Below, in pieces: positions 51,690 to 62,210 of a stretch of DNA of 62,210 bases. The stretch comes from Vicugna vicugna. Lineage: Eukaryota. The stretch covers positions 1,621,880 through 1,684,089 of the forward strand of contig MU058669.1 of the NCBI GenBank assembly GCA_013265495.1, read 5' to 3'. The position numbers and the translations under genes are program-made. Positions within the stretch are counted from its first letter, which is position 1, and every line of letters starts with the position of its first letter. The notes beneath the pieces were generated by a model, which saw only the letters and a list, made by a program, of their open reading frames with translations, was not told the origin of the DNA and did not search any database.

Positions 51690-51766
51690 CTGCACTTCAA
51701 GGGATGATATTTACATAGGAGGCAATATGAATGGTGCCCCTGGAATTGCACAACATGGCAGCCCTA
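51690..51766. mobile_element. MER91-like hAT-Tip100 remnant
   Basis: GAATGGTGCCCCTGGAATTGCACAACATGGCAGCCCT resembles the MER91 terminus. Confidence 0.45.
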
Positions 51767-52701
51767 ATTCCTGAATGACTGAGTTTCCGGGATGCCAGAG
51801 AAAGACTGGAACAAAAATAAAAATATCTTCAGGAAAATAAGAAAAACTCAGAAATAGAGATTTCTATGGAGATAGGGCAGACAAGTCAAACCAGGCTCCA
51901 GCAGGCACAGAGAGCAATGTATCATTTACACTAGCAACTGTAAGCAAAGTCTTGGGCCATCAGGTCTAATGATCTCATCCCAAGATTAATACTTAGCATC
52001 ACTTCAAAATCCTATCTATGGAAATAAATTCCCCAAACCTCTTGGCCACCTAAGTGAAAGTATGCTCTTTTTGGAAAGAATAGAAATAATTCCAAAGTGA
52101 CTAAATGCAAATTCCAAAATGAACAGCCAACCCTTCCTCAGCAAGAGAGGAGGCTGTTCTGTCACCATACCTGAAAAGCCCACGAAATGGGAACATGGCA
52201 GAGCCCAGGAGCCACAGCTGTGCATTTTGAGATCTGTTGCTAGAAGAGTGGCCCCAGGACTGCAAAGTTACAGATACACTAAGATTCCTTCACATCCCCG
52301 ACATTTTTGGTTTCCTAGAAAAACAGAAATACTAACTCCTAGAACTGGGTGCTGCTTTACGTGCTAGCCATGGAATAAAGTCTGAGCCAGCCTTTCACAT
52401 GCAGATGGAATTAATCCCAGCAAGATTAAAGTTGTAAAAGGGGCGAAGTCAGTCACTTACTGCCTTTCTACCACATGGTGTCATGTCAGCCCAACAAAGG
52501 CACTGAACCTACTTTTTACCCCCACTATTTAAATATTAAACAATTACAACCACACAACTTGTTTGCATTGCAGGGAGTCAGAACGCAATCTTGTTCCACA
52601 CCTGTAAGCACCATGCAGACATCTCCCAGGAATAAGACCACACAAAGACTGTCAGCTGGCATTATTCAGAACAATTTCAGCTCCTGGCTTGAGTGAACAT
52701 G

Positions 52702-52720
52702 CACTGCCCCCTCGCGGGTA
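52702..52720 (-). promoter_or_regulatory. Strong candidate CTCF site, reverse
   Basis: Reverse complement TACCCGCGAGGGGGCAGTG contains an exact CCGCGNGGNGGCAG core. CGCG is preserved in a CpG-poor context. Confidence 0.7.
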
Positions 52721-53899
52721 CAGGAGGCCACAAGAGAGTGTCCAGAACAGAAGCAACACCCAGGGAGCCTTGGAAATAGGATCCAATACAGCACATTTGG
52801 CATGATTGATGGTGCTGATTCATGAAGCTGTGTTTTCCCTGCTCACATGGCAACTGCAGGAACTTGCAGTAGTAAGTTTGATCAAGTAAAATTCTCAAGA
52901 ACATACACTGCTCCATTTAGACAGGCATAATCCTTCACATTATTAAATCTTTCATTGGTTCATCACAGATGCATACATGTGTTCAACTAATATTTATTGT
53001 CAACTAAGAATAAAGATTTTTTGGGATATTGGGGTTATCTATGGGGGAAAATAGTCGCTGCTATCCCTGTGCACTGTTTTATGAGTTCTGTGAATATGTA
53101 CATTAATAATAATCATGACCTGGGTTTACTGACTACAAAGAAGAGTGTCGGGTTCATACTGAATCCGCCTCCCCAACATATGGAAAAGAAGGCAAGACAT
53201 GGTCTTGCTCGTATGCCATTCTGCTCTTGTAAATCACAGACCATCTATGTTAGAGGGCTCCCAAAGACCATTCAGTAAAACCTTTTATTTGCAGTGGCAG
53301 CAAAACAGGGTTGTGATCGAGAGTTTGGACTTTCAGTTTCAATGTCAAGGATCCACATTCTGGATCTACAGCCTGTGCAAGTCACAGGAAACCTTTGTGA
53401 ATCTCCATACCTTCCTCTGCTAATGGAGATTATACAATTAATTGGTAGGTTTGCAGTGAAATTAAAAGGATCAAGAAGTAAAATGCCCAGCCACGTCACT
53501 GGCCTGGGTAGCTCAGGGAGGCAGAGGGGATAACAATTCAGAGGTGGTGGCAAAGAGTTGTTTCATAAACTACTGCTCCTTGTTCCTCTGCTTTTCATTT
53601 TTATCTAGAGAAAAACTGTGATTTTCACACGTGGCAGAACAAATAGAACTGGGACTTTTGTTTCACATTGTGCATTTGTGTTCTTTTGAAAGGTTCGGCA
53701 CATTCCAAATGATCACATTTTCCCCTCCCTTCACACATCATGAGAGTATGTGCACATGTCATGCCAGGTCATTAGGGGAGAGAACATGAGGATGGCAGCC
53801 AGGCTGATATTGATGTAGTACTCAGGGTGACTGGCTCACAGCTGGGTTCAGTAAGTAGTAAAAAAAAAAAAAAAATTCATGCTTCAATAATATCGTAGA

Positions 53900-54016
53900 C
53901 AATAATTACTGTAATAATTATAGTTTCAATGATTTAATAATTTTTAATAATGATTATTACTACTACTATGACAATAATTTAATAATTATTTTTACTACTA
54001 CTATGACTACTAATAC
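53900..54016. repeat. AT-rich (TAA)/(TAC) low-complexity repeat
   Basis: AATAATTA.../TACTACTACTATGAC units. Confidence 0.8.
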
Positions 54017-54471
54017 TTTGAGTAGATCTGCCTAAAAAGGCCCTCAGGCAACCAATGGCAGCCCAAGGCCTACGAGCTTACTTCAAAGCACGTTATGCTC
54101 ATATCATTTTGGACACTGTCCCTGAGAAATGGATGGCCTATGGAGTCAGGACACAAAAGAGAAGCAAAACTCCCAGGTCACTGGAATACCAGAATGAGGG
54201 CCACTACGGATGTGCAGCATGTCTCATATTCTTTCTTGGCCTTTAGGGTGGTCGCTTTCATGGTGATGGAGAGATGAGCCACTAAAACATGAAATTAGAA
54301 CTGAAAGGACCCTGAGGACCACCTGTCCCAGGGGTCCCTCAGTCACAGGCCAGGCAGACAGCACACAAGAGCGAACTGGCAAGGGGAAGCAGGGAACTTG
54401 ATCAACCAGGGAGCAATGAATGGCCTGTCTTGAGGTAACAGCCACAGCTGAGAACTAGCTAACTTTTTTTT

Positions 54472-54555
54472 NNNNNNNNNNNNNNNNNNNNNNNNNNNNN
54501 NNNNNNNNNNNNNNNNNNNNNNNNNNNNNNNNNNNNNNNNNNNNNNNNNNNNNNN
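54472..54555. other. Assembly gap (84 N) after a poly-T run
   Basis: Run of n characters. Confidence 0.99.
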
Positions 54556-55671
54556 AGCACTGTGCAAACAAAGCAGTTTAAAAGCCGGATTCAGCCTGAA
54601 GACTTCCCATCTGCCACTCTGACACAGTTGGGTCCCTGTATTTTAAACAGAGTGGCCTGAAGACCAGAATGGAGAAGAGACTCTTCAAAGGCCACATGGT
54701 TAGTCAACAGTGAAGACAGGAGTAGTGAACAGTGTAATCTGTACCTCAAACTACAAGGGTACTGGTGAGGTATTCCTCATGTGCTATCTTTTCTCTCTCA
54801 CACATCTTGGACTACATCTGGCATTTGGGAAAAGTCTCAACTACAATGTCGCAAGCATAGAACTTCTCATATATGGTTGGTTCCTACGGTTTTCCGGAAA
54901 TCAAGTGGTAAGTTCAAGGGAAAAAGAAACTAATAAAAAAAAAAAAAACCCAGCATGATGGTTTGGGTAAGAAATGCAGCCCAGATGGACAGAAAGCACT
55001 TGGAGGAAAGAAGGATGTATTTAAGCTGAAGTATTCTTATTTTTTGTGTTTCTACAAGTAGTTTACATCTGGAAAGAGTTATCCAGTTAATGTAATGAGA
55101 TTTGGGGCCATAATCATCTTTAACTAGGAGAAAGGAATTATGGAGGAGCTTAATTACAAACCTAAAATTCCTACTGGGATTCAGTTAAGTTTTTGTTATA
55201 GCCCCATTTTGAGATCTAACTAGCCAGTGACCTGGAAAAGTCACTTTACCTCTACAGCTCCCCTGGGGTAATTAATCTTCCTCACCCTCTATCCTAAAGT
55301 TGATTTATTTTCCTTCTTTTTTTTTTTTAATGATTAAAACAAATAGGTAGCAGTCTGGCACCTACGACAGACCAGAAAAGCTCAATTCCACATTGGAGGG
55401 GTCTATGAAGGAGGTTACATTGGGTCTCTGGCCTTGATCTCGGGTACTGGAATCTCTCCTCACTGGCTCCAGGGCTGAAGTGGAGCCTGCAGTTACCGCT
55501 AGAGGGATGTTGTGAAGTGAAGGGGACAGGGTGACAAGGGAGGACAATGTCTAAAAACTTACCCCCAAATTCAAATACATTACTTAAAAAGTGGGCATCC
55601 TCTACATTTCCGGGTCCTAGGTCTCTGAATCTAGTTGATGGCTTCATTTACAAAAAGCCATTTCTCAGGAG

Positions 55672-56016
55672 CTACAAAGTGAAGTATGTTCCTCCAAAAT
55701 TCATATACTGAAGCCCCAATGTGACTGTACTTGGAGACAGGGCTTCTAGAAGGTAAAGAAAGTTAAATTAGGTCCGGAGGATGGGGCTCTAATCCAATTA
55801 AAAAATGTGTAGCTTTCCAAGAAGAGAAAGAAAGAAATCTCTCTATATATCAACATGCATCCAAAGAAAAAAGGCCATGTAAGGACATAGGGAGACAGCA
55901 GCCAGCTCCTTGATCTTGGACTTACCGACCTTCCAGAGGTGTGAAAAATAAACGTCTATTGCTTAAGCCATCCAGCCGGTGCTATTTTGTTATGGCAGCT
56001 GAGCTGACAAAGACAT
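55672..56016 (+). mobile_element. MLT1A/B-like solo LTR
   Basis: CCTCCAAAATTCATATACTGAAGCC...TTGGAGACAGGGC...TTTGTTATGGCAGC...AAGACA. Confidence 0.8.
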
Positions 56017-58197
56017 CAGGTCTCCATCTCATACACTGGGATGGTCCTTTTACTATTCTAAACCTGTTCACGTTTATTTTATGCTCTGATACAGAGTGGG
56101 CAATAGAAAAGCTGAGAATCCTTGACTCCCAGCTATGGAGACATACACAGAGATACCGAGAGACTTGCTCAAGCTGTGGAGCTGGCAGGCGGCAGAGACA
56201 GTGTAGGACCTTGGGGCCAGATCCACACCCAGCTCTTCTTCCCAGAAGCAGATGCTCCTGTGCTAGGGATCAGTCTCCTTTACTTGAGAGCATTCTCTCC
56301 TAACAAAGGGGCTTTGGTCACACTGTGCTAGCTTCACACTGGTCACCTTTCACCCTACAGCATGTTTCTAATTAGTACAAGGGGGAGGCGGGAGAAATGA
56401 CACTTGGAAGCTGGGCAGAGGAAGGAGGAGTAAGAGAAGGATTAATCGCCTCCCAGCTGTCAGGACGGTAATTAAATTCAGGTTGTTGACTCCAGCCTTA
56501 CTTTGATTATGTGAAATGAATCTCCAAATGCATTCACGTTTCCATTGCGTTTTGCTTCTGTGCAGAAGGCAGGGTGGCTAAACAACGTGCAAACAGAGAG
56601 AGCGGCTCATCCTCAGCCTACATCCAGCCAAAGCAACTTCCTGGCGCTGAGCAAGGTTATGGATCTCTCACTTTCAGGGCTGTTTATGAAACAAAACCAC
56701 TCAACCTGGGTGTGCACACAGCCATCTTTGGAGGAAATGGCACTGAAGCATTAGGAAGTAGTTTTAGGAAAAGAGACCAGCATGCTATTCACAGGTTCAA
56801 GGAGTTTAAACCATTCCAAAGAGAAGCTAGAGTGTTTGATTACTGGTGTGGAACTGCAGGTCTGGAACCTCAGGTTCCTGGATCCTAGCTGAGGTTCTGA
56901 CATTCAGTCTCTCTGACTTTGAGCACACTGTAGTTTACCTCTGGACCTCAGGTTAAATCCCTACCCTACCCTATTTCTTTCTGGAAGGATGAGAAGATTA
57001 GAAGAGAATGATTCCCTGCCAGTGTTAACAGTCCTTGACTCTTGACTGTCCCACTTTCCATGAAAACCTGTTCATGTCTAAATAGTCTAGGCTCTTTCTC
57101 TAATAAGGTGGTAGCAACTGAGTAGCCAGAATTCCCCCTTGACCTCCAGACACTTAAGAAAAAATGATACCAGTCAATGTAGGTAGAACATATTAGCTGC
57201 CCACATATTGCGAACTTTAACAATCTTAGACTCTACCTGTACCTGCTGCCTGATGCCTGGAATTCATTTTTGTGAGAAAAGTCCCAATGTCCTCAGAGTC
57301 AAACTAACTATTCAAACTCTCAGGAGAGGAGACTCAAAGCCCACCTTCCCAAGATGCAGACAACTGACGGCAGAGTCCTCAGAACTACCTCGTAATTATC
57401 TGACATCTAGGGATGAAGGGGCCATAAACAGGAGCAAGGGGACAAGAAATGGGTGAAGGATACACTATTTTGCCCAAGGTCAGCTTTGTCTAACAAACCT
57501 TGATACCAAGATAAAATTTCATTTCTTATCTGCAAGAGAAAGAGAACTAGCTTCTCTTTGGAAGACTCACAACAGTGATGATTCCTACGCAGAATTACAA
57601 AAACATCTAAGGAGATAAGGATGCAAAATACTTTCAACTGTGTTGTTTCAATGGAAAGATAACGGTGGGCATTTGTGGACTGAATTGAAAAATGAATAAC
57701 AACCTTTATAGAGAACTGAATATGGGCCAAGGACTCTGGTAAGTGCTTTCAGTCCATCAGCTCACTTAGCCCTCATCAGCACTGTGATGTAAATACCACC
57801 CCTCCTCCCCGCCCTCAGCATTTTTCAGACTGAGGTTTAGACACATTAAGCCACTTTGTCAGGCAAAGCACTGCTGATAAGCTATGAATCCAGAATTCAA
57901 GTAAGCTTTTCTGATTTCAGAAACGTCATTCTTAATTAACTGAACCCTGTAATGTGAGAGTGTTCTCTGTCACTGGACAAGTCCAAGAGGCTGGAGAATC
58001 AGGCACCATGAACACTGAGTATGGCTGAGTATGTTTCTTTAATTGGAGCCAACCTATGTAGATTTCTCAGATCATTCTTAGAAAAGGCAGATTCTACAGA
58101 CATAGCCATGCTGAACTTTACTTCCAGGGCATTTGTTAATACCTGAGGAGAAGAGCAATCAAAGGCGAGCTGAATTCAACAAGAAGACTGTCTTTCT

Positions 58198-58727
58198 CTT
58201 TATTATTATTATTATTTACTGTTTTTAACTGAAGTATAATTGGTTTACAATGTTGTGTTAATTCCTGGTATATAGCATGGTGATTCAATTATACACACAC
58301 ACACATATAATTCCTATAACAAAAAGGAATATATATGTTATGTATATATGTGTGTGTATGTGTGTGTGTGTGTATAGGCTATTACAAGGTACTGAATAGA
58401 ATTCCCTGTGCTGTATTATATACAGTAGGACTTTGTTGTTTACTGATTTTGTATATAGTAGTTAATATCTGCAAATCCCCAACTCCTAATTTATCTCTCT
58501 GCTTCCCCACCTCCCCTTACCCTCCCTGGTAGCCATAATGTTGCTTTCTATGCCTGTGAGTCTGTTTTGTAAAGAGGTTCATTGGTCTCATTTTTTTAAG
58601 ATTCCCCAGATAAGTGATATAGGGTATTTTTCCTTCTCTTTCTGGCTTACTTCACTTGGTATGACAATCTCCAGGTCCATCTATGTTGCTGCAAATGGCA
58701 TTATTTTATTCTTTTTTATGTCTAAAT
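58198..58727 (-). mobile_element. Cetartiodactyl-type L1 3' end with near-perfect TSD
   Basis: (TTA)n tail, TGAAGTATAATTGGTTTACAATG and GTTGCTGCAAATGGCATT. Flanks ACTGTCTTTCT (58187-58197) and ACTGCCTTTCT (58728-58738). Confidence 0.85.
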
Positions 58728-59755
58728 ACTGCCTTTCTTCCGGCAAGAACTTATCTTCTATCTCCTTTGTTGGAAATTGCTTACACCCCTTGGGTTTTCA
58801 GAATAGGCGTTTGCTCGTCCTCATCCTATTGCTCATTGTCTAATCCTCTTTATTTGCCGTGCTTCACCAGGGCCTATGGAGCTCAATCCCCATGCCCTCT
58901 CATTAACCCAATTTTCTCTCTCAAGATCTGCAACTAAACCATGACTAATATCACTTCCTTGGCTCTGTGTTATGGGCCCTGCATCCCTGCCACTGGTTAA
59001 TGGGAACAAAAAGGTAATTAATCCACCCAGGTACCATTAGTTCTGTGAAAAAGGCTTTTGTTCATATTTTTAGAAGCTGTAAGATTAACCTGCATGGAAT
59101 AGGAAACTTGTCTTTGAATAGAATGGTAACAGCCCCATCCCTCAGCTTCTGCTCATGGCCTGATTTTAATAAGTAGTCATTTACCCAATACCTACTACAT
59201 GTGCAGGCCTGTGCTTAAAACAATAAACTTTAAAAATTACACAGAAGACTCATTTTTTCCTGATGTAGATGGGAAATAAACTATTATTCATAAGCGAATT
59301 TCACATAATTAAAATTTATCCCTTTGAGTCCCAAAATTAAAAAAAAATACACCTTTCTTGCCTATAAAATTTCTATGATGAACTAAACATTTCTTTATCT
59401 ACTGGAACAGAGTATACATGTAATTAAATAACCCCGCCCTCTTGATAACTTAGCATCAGGCACATCAATTACTATGCAATCCCATGACACATGAATGTTC
59501 TGGGGGATCCAACAGACTTTTTGCCTTCATATTAAATGTCTCACAAAGTGCTGTGCTTTTAGAAATCTTAAGTCTTTTTTCTGTTTACATGTCCTCTCCA
59601 CTATCACCACCTACTTACACATACACACTCACACCAACACACATTAATTGGCCAAAATTTCTGCAACTGTTAGTCTCTACCTCTAGCCACACATTCTCAA
59701 TTGCACTCCTTATCTTTTAAGTTCTGAGAAAAAAGTATGGATGTTGATCTGCAAC

Positions 59756-60108
59756 TGTGGTTGCCTACAATTCCTCCCATCAATAGGCAGATCTATCTGA
59801 ATCTGGGTCAGCCCTATGACTTGCTTTGATGAACAGAATTCTCCCATGATTTACCAGTTCGGACCCCAGGCTTGACAGTGTTACTTTCACTCTCAGAAGC
59901 CAGCCTCCAGGCTGTAAAAAGACTCAGAAGGAATGAGAGGCCAAGAGGAGAGAGAGACCCTGGAAGATGGGAGGTCCTCCTGGACACAGCCACATTCTAG
60001 ATTCCAGTTGAATGTGCCCACTTATGTGACCTCTGTGGATAAGAAGCTGAGCCCAGTAAATCTGATTCATGAAAAATAATTATTGTTGAGTTAAGCTAAG
60101 TTTCGGGC
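59756..60108 (+). mobile_element. MLT1H-like solo LTR
   Basis: CTCCCATCAATAGG...TGAATCTGGG...TGACTTGCTTTGATGAACAGAAT...TAAGCTAAGTTTCGGG. Confidence 0.6.
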
Positions 60109-60699
60109 AATAAAAAAATATTTTGAAATCATATATGAGAATGAAAAAGCTTTGAGTACATATTTGGGTCTCCTATAAATGTATCATGTTTAGTAATAGA
60201 CTCAGATATCCATTTAGAATGGTAGAAAACTAATTTCTCATCTTTCTAGTTATGACTATACTCTATCAAGGTGATGTGAGATGAATGAGAAGCTATCAAG
60301 ACGTAAAAGCAAGTATTTTCTTAAAAGGTGTCTAAGGAAAAGATGCAAAAGTGTGGCCAAACATGGTATGAGGCAAGATGGGAAGATAAGAATGGTTAAT
60401 GAAATGCTAAAGTTCATGTTACAAACCAATAAAAAGGGTTAGAAGGGATGGGTAGGAAGATGGTGAGTAACAAAGGAGCTGAGGAGGATTTACAAAGTAG
60501 CTGAAAATGTTCTCTGTGACATGAATTTTTGAAACAATAGAATGTCAATTCTAACCATGAAGTAAATAACACAAGAATAGCCATTACACCCTCAGCTGGG
60601 ACTAACTGGAAGTTTACAATTTGACCTAAAGTGTTTTATAAACTCTCAAAAAGCTGATAAGTAAGTTGGTGAAACTATGAAGTAGGCAATTTTCCATTA

Positions 60700-61400
60700 A
60701 CATATTCAACCAACATTTATTGAGCACCTGTTCTAGATGACAGAGATATATCAGTGAAAGACACAACCACACCACCTCGTGTTCTTGAAAAGTGCATTCC
60801 ATCTGGGGAAGAGAGATAATAAGCCTAGTAAGCAGGTGAATTATAGATAAGAGCTATGGAATAAAACAAACAGAACAGTGATAGATCAGAAGAGCTGTGG
60901 GGAGGTGCTCATTTTTAATAGGGTGATCAAGGCAGGCCTCCTTGAGAAAGGGGCATGTGAGCACAGACTTGAAGGAGAGGAAGGGGTGAACCATGTGGAA
61001 ACTGGGCAGGAGAGTGCAGTGTGTCTAGCCAAGAAAACAGCCCTTGGAAAAAATCATGAAGTGGAAGCAGGTATGGCATGTGTGAGGAACAGAAGAGGAC
61101 AGTGTGGCCTGAGTGAGATGGAGAGGAGGGCAACAGCAGGAAAAGAAAACCAGCACGGGAACAGAGGATAGATCCTGGAGGCCTCGAGACCATGTTAAGC
61201 ACTTTGGTTTTTACTCAGTGAGGCAAGCAGCCTTTGGAGGCTTAAACAGAGGAGTGACATGACTACCTTTTTAAAACATCATTTCAGCTACTATTGTGAG
61301 AAACAACCATAGGAGGACAAGGATTAAAGTAGTGCACTTGTTTAAGAGGTTATTTATTTGATCTAGTAGAGAATTAGTAGTGACTTTGGTTAGGGTGTGT
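60700..61400 (-). mobile_element. L2a 3' end
   Basis: ATTCAACCAACATTTATTGAGCACC...TCAAGGCAGGCCTCCTTGAGAAGGGG...AGAGGAGTGACATGA. Confidence 0.8.
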
Positions 61401-62210
61401 ATACACACACACATGACTGGAGTTTCAAAAGACTTTGGGGGAAGAACTGGTCATGGGATCATAAACATGAAGTTTCTAACCCTGAGGCTCCAGAACCTTG
61501 GACAGATACCTGCAAGGTAAGATTCAAGGGGACTTAATAATCACGTTCACCCCAACAGCCTAGTCGTTCTTAGGATGCTTCCTAAAACTTTACCACCAGA
61601 CATAATTTTTTTAAGAATTCCAACTTAGATGTGAACTATCCCAAGAACCTGAACTCTACAAATGATTGTCACTTACTTATATCTTGAATGAAGAAGCTGA
61701 GAAAACAAAGGGTTGTGGATAAAGGAAACTGGACTTGTGCTCTACAATGTCCTAAGAGAAACACTTCCTTTTATGTGGAAATTAAAGAAAAATGGGTTAC
61801 AAGAAAAAAATGTGATTGATAGTTACAACTGCCTTTGGTAGATGTTGGGTTTGGTATGGAGACGACTCTCCATTTCGGTCAACAATGATGCAAACGGGAG
61901 ATGAAAGGCAGGACCTGTGAGAGGCAGCACACCCCGTTCTGCAGTGTGTTCCTTCCCCGTGGCTTCCCAGCCATCAGTAAAGGCACTAACATCACAAAAC
62001 TCTTACAGGGAAGGATGAGTGTTTGTGTGGTATGTGCCTGTGTGTACATAAAGGGATTGAGGTCTGTGTGCCGAGTCTGATGTGACCGAAAGCAGATGAG
62101 TAGGAATTAAATAGTGTAGGGTGCTATGGAGGCAAATAGCAGAGGCAGCTCAGCCAGACAGAGATGAGGAAGAGACTGCTAGAATGAGAGGCCTCTCACC
62201 TGAGGCCCAC

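Noticed and set aside
1..62210. Prokaryotic-type systems (CRISPR arrays, operons, defence loci) or a named host gene
   Set aside because: The sequence is plainly mammalian. There are no regularly spaced repeat-spacer arrays and no exon I can assign to a known gene.

Overview
Mammalian, AT-rich, repeat-dense intronic or intergenic DNA, most likely camelid (alpaca or camel): it carries a tRNA-Ala-derived vic-1-type SINE and cetartiodactyl-type L1 3' ends. I found no intact protein-coding gene or RNA gene that I can recognise. The only gene-derived sequence is a 5'-truncated, frameshifted RPS3 processed pseudogene (minus strand, ~30.9-31.5 kb); the other ORF-track entries are chance ORFs or L1 ORF1/ORF2 remnants. 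Much of the window is transposable elements: L1s of several ages, L2, MIR, MaLR (including a two-LTR MLT1 provirus), ERV1-class solo LTRs, and hAT and Tigger MITEs. There is one 84-N assembly gap. The most notable observations are (i) an internally deleted and possibly scrambled L1 block at 37.2-40.4 kb, (ii) strong CTCF motifs in convergent orientation at 1.4 kb and 51-53 kb, (iii) a poly(A)-only insertion between 13-bp direct repeats, (iv) CpG/GC-rich patches in MIR- and microsatellite-derived DNA, and (v) a twin-priming L1 inversion. None of these is demonstrably a new biological system. Repeat subfamily names are from recall of consensus sequences, not a database search.
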